The translations under genes and the position numbers were made by a program. From the IMG/VR virus record IMGVR_UViG_3300006115_000064, positions 1 to 25,729 of that record: a DNA stretch of 25,729 nucleotides. One strand, given 5' to 3'. Origin of the DNA: a virus. Lineage: Duplodnaviria; Caudoviricetes. This document shows positions 1-8,144 of the stretch, in pieces. The notes beneath the pieces were generated by a model, which ran no database searches, was not told where the DNA came from, and was given only the letters and a program-made list of their open reading frames with translations. Numbering within the stretch: position 1 is the stretch's first letter; the number at the start of each line of letters is the position of its first letter.

Positions 1-109
1 AGACCCAAACAAGGCGACCATCCAAAGCAAAAAAAAGATTCCTTTGCAATAAATTTTACACGGATGCACTGATGTTTGTTGCGTTCCATTATTTTGTTCG
101 ATGCTGGTG

Positions 110-413
110 GTGCAGGCCAGGTGCGTTTCCAACCGGAATTCACTTGATGTAGTTTTTACGGATTTTCCAAAAATTCCAACAAGCCTCCGACTTTACCTGC
201 ATTACCTGCATTTCATATCTTTTAAGTAGTTGTGTATAAGAGTAATAGAATTAGTGCAGGTGAGGGCAATGACCTTTGATCTCGGTGCCGGTGACCTGCA
301 CTTGATGGGGACATTGATTGTTCCATTCATCAAAACCCCGCCCCTTTCTTTACAATTCCAAACAACATAGTGCCGGTGACCTGCACTTGTGATCGATAAA
401 AAAGGGCGCGGGA
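110..413. other. Candidate replication origin (iteron-like repeats around an AT-rich spacer)
   Basis: ACCTGCA at 195, 204, 294, 379 and inverted at 255, with a near-match at 111. An AT-rich stretch at 211-254 is flanked by inverted copies. The region lies just downstream of the replication NTPase gene. Confidence 0.55.
285..389. repeat. Exact 20-bp direct repeat GTGCCGGTGACCTGCACTTG (285-304, 370-389)
   Basis: Read directly from the sequence. Confidence 0.95.
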
Positions 414-443
414 ACGCAAAGCATGACGACAAGATCAGGACAC

Positions 444-480
444 AAAAAAACCCAATGTCAGCACATGCCGAAATTGGGTT
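444..480 (-). terminator. Intrinsic terminator of the early/replication operon
   Basis: Minus strand reads AACCCAAT-T-TCGGC-ATGT-GCTGA-C-ATTGGGTT then a T run, about 30 nt after the stop at 513. Confidence 0.65.
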
Positions 481-512
481 ATCTTGTGATGTAAGGATAG
501 ATCAATGAGCGA

Positions 513-1616
513 TCACGATACCCTGTAAAGTCGAGCATTACGATTGCCCACCCGCTCAAACTTCACCGAAGTCCGAGGCGAATCAAATCGAAAGACTCGG
601 CCATTGTATCCAGCAAAGAGTTTTCCCATTCGACTGCGGGACTTTGGGTAGATCTCAAACTCCCTGGACTCCTTATCAATCTTACCGGCTATACTATCTT
701 CAAAAAGGTTTTCGTTCCTGCAGATCCAGATCAGATCATCAAAGGTGATCCCATCCCTGCACGGGAACTCAATGGCGTCACGGAAATACCCGGCGGCCAG
801 CTTCTCCACCAGAGTCTTCATATCAATGCCATCTGGATCACCAAAGTCATCGGCCTCCGGTCGCCGTAATGGAGAACCAAATCCAGCATGCTCCACAATG
901 CCACCGATCACCCGACTCCAATCCTCAAACCCAACCAACCGACCAGAGCCAACCGGACGGCCAGCAACATCCCAGGCATGAACGAGTGACCACAGCGCCG
1001 AAAGAATCGACTGACGCACCTCCGGCCGTTCCAAATACTCATCACCGATAGGATTCTTGATCTCACGGGCTTGGGGATCGGCCTCAAGGTTGAACAAATC
1101 CACGAAAAGCATACGCCCGGCAACGTCAGGTGATACCTCGGCCTGATTGGAACTAAAAAGCACCACCATCTGTTTGCGGATCTCAAATCCCTTGTTTCCA
1201 CCGAGACGACGACCGGCATGGACAGAGGAAGTCGCAAATTGCTCCAAAGCCGACCCCTCCATCTTGTGCTTCACATTGTCGAAGATGAGGCTCGGATATC
1301 CCGAGAGAACGGCCGAGTCGAGCACCTTGGCCACCTCCTCCTTTTCCTCTGGAAGCGTCTGCATCTTGCAGTATCCGGCCACAGGGATTTCCACGATTTT
1401 GATCAAAAGAGATTTACCGGAGCGCGAGGAATTGGCATTCCAGCAGAAATAAGGAATCTGCGCCGACTTCGGCAACAGAGTGAAAGCAAACCTGCTCACC
1501 ATCGCGGCAATCTGAACCGAGAGAGAGCGCTCACCATCATCGGCAAAAGGAAACTCCGAAAGCAGATCTCGCAAAAACTTGGTTGCCAATGGCAACGGAA
1601 CGAGATCGTAGGTCAT
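513..1616 (-). CDS. P-loop NTPase/helicase domain of a phage primase-helicase-type replication protein (C-terminal part of an apparently split gene)
   Basis: Walker A-like NSSRSGKS, Walker B-like LIFDNV, GRRLGGN, FSSN motif, N-terminal LLSEFPF. AAGGAG Shine-Dalgarno and ATGA overlap with the upstream gene. Confidence 0.75.
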   Translation of the reverse strand: MTYDLVPLPLATKFLRDLLSEFPFADDGERSLSVQIAAMVSRFAFTLLPKSAQIPYFCWNANSSRSGKSLLIKIVEIPVAGYCKMQTLPEEKEEVAKVLDSAVLSGYPSLIFDNVKHKMEGSALEQFATSSVHAGRRLGGNKGFEIRKQMVVLFSSNQAEVSPDVAGRMLFVDLFNLEADPQAREIKNPIGDEYLERPEVRQSILSALWSLVHAWDVAGRPVGSGRLVGFEDWSRVIGGIVEHAGFGSPLRRPEADDFGDPDGIDMKTLVEKLAAGYFRDAIEFPCRDGITFDDLIWICRNENLFEDSIAGKIDKESREFEIYPKSRSRMGKLFAGYNGRVFRFDSPRTSVKFERVGNRNARLYRVS

Positions 1617-2362
1617 TTGATCTCCTTGAGTTTCTGGATCTCGTCTCGGAGGTAGTGGATTTCACCAGCAACTTCTTTGTTGATCTCCTCTTGAAGTCTC
1701 ATCCATGCGTGAAGGTCATCGGGAGCTTTCTCCAGCGGCATCTCCTCCTGCTTTGGGGCATTATTGGGGCATAACGGGCGGCGGGTGCGGTATCGCATAG
1801 CCTTTTGATCCCTTGGAGTTGCCCCTATCTCATGGCTCCAGATCCAGATCCACGCTCCTTTTCGATCGTGGTGCTTTGGCTGAACCTGATCCCCTTCGCA
1901 TATCACCTCGTCAGGGCCAAGCTCTCGCCATTCGGGTTGTTTGAACTTCGCATCGCCATTCCCCTCATGGGAGATTTTTGGTGCATGATCTAAACTGTCG
2001 GGTTCCTTGCAATCGCAATGGCTGAACTTGTGCGTGGTGTTGTGACAAGTCGGGTTAGCTGGTTCCTCTGGCGCGGGGGCGAGTGCGGCTTCTGCTTTGA
2101 GATCCGCTAGGTCTCTAGCTGTCTGCAAAACCATAGGAAGGTCATCTGCTCGGCTTCGCTGAACGGAACTGAATTTGTCAGCAATCTCAATCGTTCGGTT
2201 CAGAAGCTCACGGAGCCTTGCGACCTCGTTGTCATTGTTCGTTGTCATTTGTAAATTGTCTTCGTTCGTTGACATACTATCGGAGTGTAATAATTCGGTT
2301 TTATTAGCTTTGAGTAATTGCTTCCTGCGATGTCCTAGATCGTGGTAGATGTCAGATTCCAT
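1613..2362 (-). CDS. Mosaic hypothetical phage protein (NEVARLRE coiled-coil module, EWRELGPDEVICEGD module)
   Basis: 249-aa ORF whose stop overlaps the next start. Shares a 25-bp module with the neighbouring gene. Confidence 0.7.
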   Translation of the reverse strand: MESDIYHDLGHRRKQLLKANKTELLHSDSMSTNEDNLQMTTNNDNEVARLRELLNRTIEIADKFSSVQRSRADDLPMVLQTARDLADLKAEAALAPAPEEPANPTCHNTTHKFSHCDCKEPDSLDHAPKISHEGNGDAKFKQPEWRELGPDEVICEGDQVQPKHHDRKGAWIWIWSHEIGATPRDQKAMRYRTRRPLCPNNAPKQEEMPLEKAPDDLHAWMRLQEEINKEVAGEIHYLRDEIQKLKEIK

Positions 2363-2502
2363 ATTCTCGTATCCCTGCTTGGCAGAGTTCTTCGTGAGCT
2401 TTTGCTAATTGGGTTTATAGGTTGTAGATCCACTTGGGATCGACAAAGACCTTTCCTTGTTTTAGCTCGGAGTTCTCCTCACGGAGCCTTGCAACCTCGT
2501 TG
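2207..2502. repeat. 25-bp direct repeat CTCACGGAGCCTTGCRACCTCGTTG (2207-2231, 2478-2502) encoding NEVARLRE in two adjacent genes
   Basis: 24 of 25 positions identical, read from the sequence. Confidence 0.9.
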
Positions 2503-2624
2503 GTTTTCTCGGTCAGTTCGCGTTCTAGCTGACGGGATGTTTCTACTGGCACTACAAAGGCATTTAAGCCCATGGCCTCGCAAGCCTCATCCGTCCTTGG
2601 CGTTGGTGTGCTGTCGGGTTTCAT
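2415..2624 (-). CDS. TPRTD/LEREL-type coiled-coil phage protein, possibly truncated by a nonsense codon (frame continues to 2352)
   Basis: ATG at 2624 overlaps the upstream TGA. Protein reads MKPDSTPTPRTD...SRQLEREL. Confidence 0.65.
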   Translation of the reverse strand: MKPDSTPTPRTDEACEAMGLNAFVVPVETSRQLERELTEKTNEVARLREENSELKQGKVFVDPKWIYNL

Positions 2625-2887
2625 TTGTTTGTGTCTTGGAATTCCTCGATCGCCCATGCTAGGTGGTGAAGTTGTTGAATTAGTGCCTCGGCTTTCTCTG
2701 CTCGTTCTTTCCAATGAGCGGCCATCATGTCGCCACGCCTTGAGGCATCCATGAGCATCTCTTTGAGTTTGGTATTTTCCCGCTCTAGCTCACGGGCAAA
2801 CGAGGTAGGAACAGTGGCACAAGTCCAAAATCCAATAACAGAATTGGAATTACTATCTGTCCTGGGCGTTTCGCTGATTGTTCTCAC
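2621..2887 (-). CDS. TPRTD/FARELERE-type coiled-coil phage protein
   Basis: GTG at 2887 preceded by GGAGGT. SETPRTD...FARELERE is paralogous to the next gene. Confidence 0.65.
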   Translation of the reverse strand: MRTISETPRTDSNSNSVIGFWTCATVPTSFARELERENTKLKEMLMDASRRGDMMAAHWKERAEKAEALIQQLHHLAWAIEEFQDTNK

Positions 2888-2994
2888 TTTAGCACCTCCC
2901 GCCAGGCATGCACCGTTAGCTGGACGGATACCGAAATGATCGTGATGTAAATGCACACCATGGCCAGATCGACGAGGAAATGGGATTTTTTCAT
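2884..2994 (-). CDS. 36-aa single-TM microprotein (MKKSHFLVDLAMVCIYITIISVSVQLTVHAWREVLK)
   Basis: AGGAG Shine-Dalgarno, hydrophobic core, GTGA overlap with the next gene. Not in the ORF track. Confidence 0.55.
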   Translation of the reverse strand: MKKSHFLVDLAMVCIYITIISVSVQLTVHAWREVLK

Positions 2995-3027
2995 AAGACT
3001 CCTGCTCCGGGTTGTGATGATTTTCCT

Positions 3028-3333
3028 TTAGAATGGGCAATCCTCATCGGCCATATTTGGCACCTCTTGGCGGCGAGTCCCCATCGAGGGAGCGGGAGCG
3101 GCCGGAGTATCACGCGGCACATAGACCGTGAAGTTCCCGATGATCGGCATCTGCAGGTCAGGATTGGCCTCGCGTTCCTCCTTGGAGATTGACTGCTTGA
3201 TGAAGCCATCATATCCGAACTCATCGCGCCCGAATTTGTTCTCAATGAGCACCAGGTCGAGGTAGTTGTGCTTTTTCCCCCGGTGGATCCGGTTCTTATC
3301 GATAAGGTTGGTTTTGAGTTTCACAGTGATCAT
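3028..3333 (-). CDS. Putative single-stranded DNA-binding protein
   Basis: Small beta-rich domain, Pro/Ala linker and acidic C-terminal tail ADEDCPF resembling the SSB DDIPF tail. Replication-operon context. Confidence 0.6.
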   Translation of the reverse strand: MITVKLKTNLIDKNRIHRGKKHNYLDLVLIENKFGRDEFGYDGFIKQSISKEEREANPDLQMPIIGNFTVYVPRDTPAAPAPSMGTRRQEVPNMADEDCPF

Positions 3334-3485
3334 GATTTTTTCGCTTTGTATTCGTTTTGGTTCGGTTTGGTTTGTTTCTTCTTCCAGTTGATCGCCTCAT
3401 AGTTGGAGCGATACGACCGGCTGAAATTGTTTCGGGGAGAACTCCCCTTTCCGTTGTCGGCGGTTTTTTTGTTTGGATCGGTCAT
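3330..3485 (-). CDS. 51-aa basic phage protein (NGKGSSPRNNFSRSYRSNYEAINW)
   Basis: Fills the gap between 3496 and 3333 with an ATGA overlap to the downstream gene. Not in the ORF track. Confidence 0.6.
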   Translation of the reverse strand: MTDPNKKTADNGKGSSPRNNFSRSYRSNYEAINWKKKQTKPNQNEYKAKKS

Positions 3486-3495
3486 GGGGGGCTTT

Positions 3496-4341
3496 TTATT
3501 CCTTCACTAGGATCTGGCTGTCGTGGTCATAGCCCGGACCCTGCAGGACAAGTTTTCCATCCTTGAAGATCGGAAGCGGGATTCTTGAGATCATCCGCAA
3601 CGGACGCTGTTGCTTTCGGAACTCATGCGACTGCAGGACGGCCGCGCTGGCCATCTTGCCCATCGACTCATATCCCCGCTCATAAGTCGTCTTTCCATCC
3701 TCCCCCTTCTTCTTGATCGTTTTCCAGAAGAGCACATCCTTTTCCACATACGTTCGGAACGAATCAGCCGAAAGATCCTCCATCCGGTCGCTGTGCGGCT
3801 GGAGCACCACAGGCACCCCATCAAGCAGGAACACCCCGTTTCGGGAGCAAACAGCACCCACATCGCGGGAGAAATCCGACAGCAAACGATTCACCCTGGG
3901 CAATTCGATCTCCTCACGAAGCATCTTGCGTTCACCGGTGAGGGATTCCAGAGCTTCCTTGGCCGCGTCTGCGGTGATATTCCCCTCACCTAGCGACTTG
4001 GCAATGGCGGCCTTCTCACGTTCCAGATGACACGACCTGAGAGCTTCCAGAGAACTTGCCACCACCGGCCAGACATCATTGCCCGGAACGACCGTTGCAG
4101 GACCACCGACAAAATCCAGCTTACCCGACTCCATCAGAGCCTGGGTGATCGTGATCAGATTTGCCGTGCGACCTTTTTGTTCGATCTCCCGGGCATGGAG
4201 AAAAATCTCCGCCGTGATATCCAGCAACCATTGTGGGGAAAAATCCGAAAACTCCTCCACCACCTTCTGCGTCCCATGGGCAACCACCCACCCCCGGACG
4301 ATCGCATCCGCCTTCTCGTTAAAAAAATGTGCTCCCGCCAT
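3496..4341 (-). CDS. DnaB-like N-terminal domain protein; N-terminal part of the split replication protein
   Basis: AEIF...GRTANLITITQALMESGKLDFVGG resembles the DnaB N-terminal domain. Ends LPIFKDGKLVLQGPGYDHDSQILVKE. Strong AAGGAGG Shine-Dalgarno. Confidence 0.7.
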   Translation of the reverse strand: MAGAHFFNEKADAIVRGWVVAHGTQKVVEEFSDFSPQWLLDITAEIFLHAREIEQKGRTANLITITQALMESGKLDFVGGPATVVPGNDVWPVVASSLEALRSCHLEREKAAIAKSLGEGNITADAAKEALESLTGERKMLREEIELPRVNRLLSDFSRDVGAVCSRNGVFLLDGVPVVLQPHSDRMEDLSADSFRTYVEKDVLFWKTIKKKGEDGKTTYERGYESMGKMASAAVLQSHEFRKQQRPLRMISRIPLPIFKDGKLVLQGPGYDHDSQILVKE

Positions 4342-4482
4342 CTGAATGATTCCTCCTTAAAGTTGTGCTCTTTTTTTTGACCGACTTGGTAGAGAGAGCG
4401 AGCGAGTCAAATGAGCCGCCACACCCTTTCTTGCAGACCTCCCGCCGACCGCTACTGGTGGTGGATGGTTGATTTGTGACTT

Positions 4483-5310
4483 CTATGGATTGGGTCTGGC
4501 ACCCTGTTTGAATTTGAGTTGCCGTGCACCGCAGTCCGCCAGGCACAGATCATCCCGTTGCATCAGATAGACCGGCTGGAAGAGTTTCCCCTTGGCCGTT
4601 GCGTAGAGATACTGCACCTCAATGATCTCACCGGGATAAGGCATGCGCGTCGTGCCAGGGATCGTCACCGATCCGACTGCAAAAGAGCGCCCATTTTCCC
4701 AAATGCCGATTTCGACCGACCGCTTGGCGGCATGGCGTGCATGCACGACGACCGAGGCCGAAGTGATGAATTTGCATTTTTGCCAATCCTTTGAGCGGCC
4801 TCCGCGATAAGAGGACTCCTTTTTCTTGAAAATCACCCCCTCACCTCCCGATTTCAGAATACGGGTGAAAGCCACCTTTTTTTCATCATCTTCAAGGATT
4901 GGGATAATCTGAAGAGGTGAATCAATCCGGCGGAAATCATCCGGTATCGCCGCATGACGGAACCAGAGCGGCTCCTCACTGAGCGATCCCGATTCTCCGA
5001 GGAAATCGAAGCACCAGAAAACATCCCCAACCAACTCCCCGTCGGCCGTCCAATCTCCGGTGCAGATATCATTTAGGTACTCCTTCAAAACATCAGGAAG
5101 AGACTTTGTGACGTTTTTCCCTTGTCGATTTTCAGCAACAAAACGAAAAGAAAAATTCATCCCCTCGTTTCGGCGATGAATCATAATCCGCTTTCCATCC
5201 ATTTTTTCCTGAATGATCCATTCGGGATCATTTAACAGACGCTTCACCTGACCCGCCTCCACCTCGCTGGCCAGTTGCGCTTTCAGAGTATCGATGATGA
5301 GCGTGCTCAT
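4483..5310 (-). CDS. Small ATP-dependent DNA ligase (nucleotidyltransferase plus OB fold)
   Basis: Motif I QEKMDGKR, DGEL, FWCFD, EGVIFK, RSKDWQKCK and a C-terminal OB-fold-like region (EVQYLY...LFQP). Confidence 0.85.
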   Translation of the reverse strand: MSTLIIDTLKAQLASEVEAGQVKRLLNDPEWIIQEKMDGKRIMIHRRNEGMNFSFRFVAENRQGKNVTKSLPDVLKEYLNDICTGDWTADGELVGDVFWCFDFLGESGSLSEEPLWFRHAAIPDDFRRIDSPLQIIPILEDDEKKVAFTRILKSGGEGVIFKKKESSYRGGRSKDWQKCKFITSASVVVHARHAAKRSVEIGIWENGRSFAVGSVTIPGTTRMPYPGEIIEVQYLYATAKGKLFQPVYLMQRDDLCLADCGARQLKFKQGARPNP

Positions 5311-5516
5311 TGGACACCTCCCAGGAGCAGATCGGACTTTTGTGGGGCTTTTTCAATATCGTCCAGTTTTCTCCAGACGCCAACATCCGACCGGGCATGA
5401 TAAGGCCGAAGACAGACCTCACGGGTCTTCAGATGCACCTGGAGCACCTCGACCATAATCCGATCGGACTTGGTCAGCACCAGATCACCGACAATAGGGA
5501 TCCACTGAGTGCTCAT
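5307..5516 (-). CDS. Hypothetical protein (small, possibly SH3-like beta barrel)
   Basis: 69 aa, ATGA-coupled on both sides, GGAGG Shine-Dalgarno. Confidence 0.65.
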   Translation of the reverse strand: MSTQWIPIVGDLVLTKSDRIMVEVLQVHLKTREVCLRPYHARSDVGVWRKLDDIEKAPQKSDLLLGGVQ

Positions 5517-5863
5517 TTGGAGACCTCCTGAATTGACTGAAATGCTAATTTCAAAATTCCAGAAATTAGATTCGGATCATCTTTCTGATGATAAAATTTG
5601 CGATGCGTCCTAAAACGCCCTTCTTTTTGCTGAATTGTGATATTAAAACACTGACTCGGGCTTTCGTTGAAATCGGCATCCGACCATACAATAGCTCTCC
5701 CCCTAACAGGAGATCCCTCAACCTCAATCAATACAGAAGAAACCGAACTATAGTATCCTCGGCAAATTCCTATTTTGAGCTTTCTTGAATAGCCTTCAGC
5801 GGAACAACCATATCCCATTTTTCGCATGAGATATGATTGAATTTCTAGAATTTCTTTGCTCAT
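5513..5863 (-). CDS. Hypothetical protein, AT-richer than its neighbours
   Basis: Start MSKEILE at 5863 overlaps the dnaN stop, with a GGAGG Shine-Dalgarno. Confidence 0.65.
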   Translation of the reverse strand: MSKEILEIQSYLMRKMGYGCSAEGYSRKLKIGICRGYYSSVSSVLIEVEGSPVRGRAIVWSDADFNESPSQCFNITIQQKEGRFRTHRKFYHQKDDPNLISGILKLAFQSIQEVSK

Positions 5864-6990
5864 TTGGAACCTCCCGAGGTACGGATCGGCATCAGGACAT
5901 GGGTCCAACGGATCGGATCTGCATCAGTTTGGTTTGGCATCGTCATCACGACCGGCTCACCCGACTTGCCAGGTAGGAAAGCCGCCTTGATCGACGGCGC
6001 GGCCTTGAGCGCCTCGAGGAGGTAGCGGGGATTGAGCGTCACTTCCTCGGCATCCGTAGGGGAAACCTCCATCCAGGCACTTCCAATTTCGGGAGCCTCA
6101 AGGGAAATCCTGTTTCCGGCAATCGTCAGCTTATTCTCCTCGGATCCGATGGCCAGCACCCCGGCCACGGCCTTCTGCCATTCCTCGACCACGATCACGA
6201 CCGACTGGCGATCAGCGTAAGAAGGGATCACCTGCTTGTAGTTTGGGAACTCCGCATCTTGGAGTTTGGAACGTAGCCACCAATCACCCCACCAGAGATC
6301 CACCCCGCGCTCATCAGCGTAGAGCTGTATCTGCGAATCAGCGGCATCCGAAGCCAACGACTTCATTGCCTTGATAGCCGCCGAGGGAATCAAAAGCGAC
6401 CCCTTGGAAGCCGAACCACTAGCAAGATCGCGGTCAATGATCGAAAGACGGCGACCATCGGTGGTCACCATACGGATTGCCTTGGGAAAAACTTCCAACT
6501 TCACCGAATGAAGGGCAAACCGACCATCATCCTTGCAAAGGGAGAAATCAACCGCTTCGATTGCCGAAGCAAGGAAATTTCCCGTACAGGAAAAGGAAAC
6601 CGTTCCATCCAGACCCGCAGGGACGGCCGCTGGCTCCGCAGGAAACTCACCTGCAGGAAGCACGGCGAAAGTATAAGAAGCAAATTTACCCTTCAGAGAT
6701 AAACCCTTTTGAGTCTCTTCCAACGTGATTTCCTCATCCTCAAGCAATCCGACCGCCTTGGAAAAACGATCCGCATTGACCAGGACGCCACCCCCCGAGG
6801 AAACATCAGCGGGAAAAGTGACTTTTTGCCACTGGTCGAGATTGGTGAAGTCCAGAGTCAGGTGCCCCTCCTCATCGGCTTCCAGACGCACGGTTTCAAG
6901 GACAGGAACCGAGGATCGGCCACCCTTGATGTTTTTCATGACCCTCGTCAGCCATAGCTTTAGAGAGGCGGTTTTGAGTTTAAGTTTCAT
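5860..6990 (-). CDS. dnaN: DNA polymerase III beta subunit (sliding clamp)
   Basis: 376 aa with PVLETV, FTNLD, EFP, TTDGRRL, FPNYKQVIP, LNPRYLLEAL and VLMPIR, all typical beta-clamp motifs. Confidence 0.93.
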   Translation of the reverse strand: MKLKLKTASLKLWLTRVMKNIKGGRSSVPVLETVRLEADEEGHLTLDFTNLDQWQKVTFPADVSSGGGVLVNADRFSKAVGLLEDEEITLEETQKGLSLKGKFASYTFAVLPAGEFPAEPAAVPAGLDGTVSFSCTGNFLASAIEAVDFSLCKDDGRFALHSVKLEVFPKAIRMVTTDGRRLSIIDRDLASGSASKGSLLIPSAAIKAMKSLASDAADSQIQLYADERGVDLWWGDWWLRSKLQDAEFPNYKQVIPSYADRQSVVIVVEEWQKAVAGVLAIGSEENKLTIAGNRISLEAPEIGSAWMEVSPTDAEEVTLNPRYLLEALKAAPSIKAAFLPGKSGEPVVMTMPNQTDADPIRWTHVLMPIRTSGGSK

Positions 6991-7097
6991 CTATTCTGCT
7001 CCTTTTTTTTGGGTTGTCGTTGTTAGTTGTTGGCCGTCTTTCCGACCTGTCAGCACCCTTCCCAGTCACACCGGGGCGCCCGGCGGTTCCCTTCCCG

Positions 7098-7661
7098 TCA
7101 GGGTTGACTGAGAATTTCCTCCTGGGCAGTTTGGGCATCTGGCCGATTCTTGATCCGGTTATTGTTTCCCATCTGCGCCTCGGCATAAGCCAGGGACGCC
7201 GTTTCCGACTTCTGTCCACGGCCACGGATGCCGAATTCCTCGTTGAACTTCACCAGCCGGTGGTGCATCCGTTGCTTTGAGATTCCAAGAATCCGGGCAA
7301 GATCGGTCAGGGATCGTCCATCGACCAGGTCGGGATGGATCGCAAAAAGACTCACGAACATGTTCGTCGTCATGTAGAGGCAAAGATCAGAAGGGTTTTT
7401 AAACTCCTTCCACTCATTGCAAATCCACTCGATGTATCCCTTCAGACCGGCCGCCGATTCCGATCGGATCATCTTTGGGCAAAACTGGATCGCCTCGCGG
7501 AAATCCTGCTCCATTTCCAGCACGATCATTTCCGAAAGCCGGGAACGATCCATCCGGGTATTGCGATCTCGCATGGCCAGCACCCGTTCAATAAGAAGCT
7601 GAAGATCGATGTCATCTTCCATGCGCGGCCAGTAAGAAGAGTTTTGGGTGTCGGCGATCAT
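7098..7661 (-). CDS. HTH DNA-binding protein (possible transcriptional regulator)
   Basis: SLTDLARILGISKQRMHHRL helix-turn-helix. Start at 7661 from the ATGA overlap. Confidence 0.7.
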   Translation of the reverse strand: MIADTQNSSYWPRMEDDIDLQLLIERVLAMRDRNTRMDRSRLSEMIVLEMEQDFREAIQFCPKMIRSESAAGLKGYIEWICNEWKEFKNPSDLCLYMTTNMFVSLFAIHPDLVDGRSLTDLARILGISKQRMHHRLVKFNEEFGIRGRGQKSETASLAYAEAQMGNNNRIKNRPDAQTAQEEILSQP

Positions 7662-7846
7662 CGGATTCCCATCGCCTCCTGTTTGCGGCGCTCTTGGGAA
7701 AGTGCCTTGGATTTGGCGGCGCGATTGCGACCGGCAACAAGGCCGCCGCGACGCCCAAGCACCGAACACGCCTCCCACCACGTTTCCCCGGTGGATTTCA
7801 TCCGCGCCTGAACCTTGAGAGACCAGAGGGAGTCGGCCGTCTTCAT
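7658..7846 (-). CDS. Hypothetical basic protein
   Basis: 62 aa, translationally coupled on both sides. Confidence 0.6.
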   Translation of the reverse strand: MKTADSLWSLKVQARMKSTGETWWEACSVLGRRGGLVAGRNRAAKSKALSQERRKQEAMGIR

Positions 7847-8055
7847 AGACTGTTACCCCCTTTGCGTGCCTGCTCTTCCTCGCGAGACATCGGCCGAAGC
7901 CCCAAATGGGCGACCGCCTTGTAAAAAGCATACTCCTCACGGGCATGCAGAACGCACAGATGACGGGCACCGACAACCACCGAAGCGGTCACCTCGCACC
8001 CCTCGTCATCACAGCAAGCCATCAGGCCGGTGGCGAGGCGAAGCGTGCCGTTCAT
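7843..8055 (-). CDS. Hypothetical Cys/His-containing protein (possible zinc binding)
   Basis: CCDDEGC...HLCVLH, with ATGA coupling. Confidence 0.6.
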   Translation of the reverse strand: MNGTLRLATGLMACCDDEGCEVTASVVVGARHLCVLHAREEYAFYKAVAHLGLRPMSREEEQARKGGNSL

Positions 8056-8144
8056 CGCCCACCCCCCTTGGATAGGAAATTCCACGAAAGGGCAACGATC
8101 ACCCCGGCACCCAGGACGACATAAAAGCGGGTCAGATCATTCAT
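8052..8144 (-). CDS. 30-aa single-TM microprotein (MNDLTRFYVVLGAGVIVALSWNFLSKGGGR)
   Basis: Overlaps both neighbours and has a hydrophobic core. Confidence 0.5.
   Translation of the reverse strand: MNDLTRFYVVLGAGVIVALSWNFLSKGGGR

Noticed and set aside
195-389. CRISPR array
   Set aside because: Only two 20-bp repeats plus short heptamers in mixed orientation, with no regular spacers and no cas genes.
202-432. 76-aa minus-strand ORF
   Set aside because: Lies beyond the terminator, overlaps the repeat array and is not protein-like.
1617-3495. Self-splicing intron, intein or excisable element explaining the split gene
   Set aside because: No group I/II core, homing endonuclease, reverse transcriptase or intein termini seen. 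Tested junction microrepeats do not restore the frame.
4342-4482. Structured RNA or small gene between the ligase and DnaB-N genes
   Set aside because: Only weak pairing (TTTGAC/GTCAAA), no second copy and no convincing start codon.
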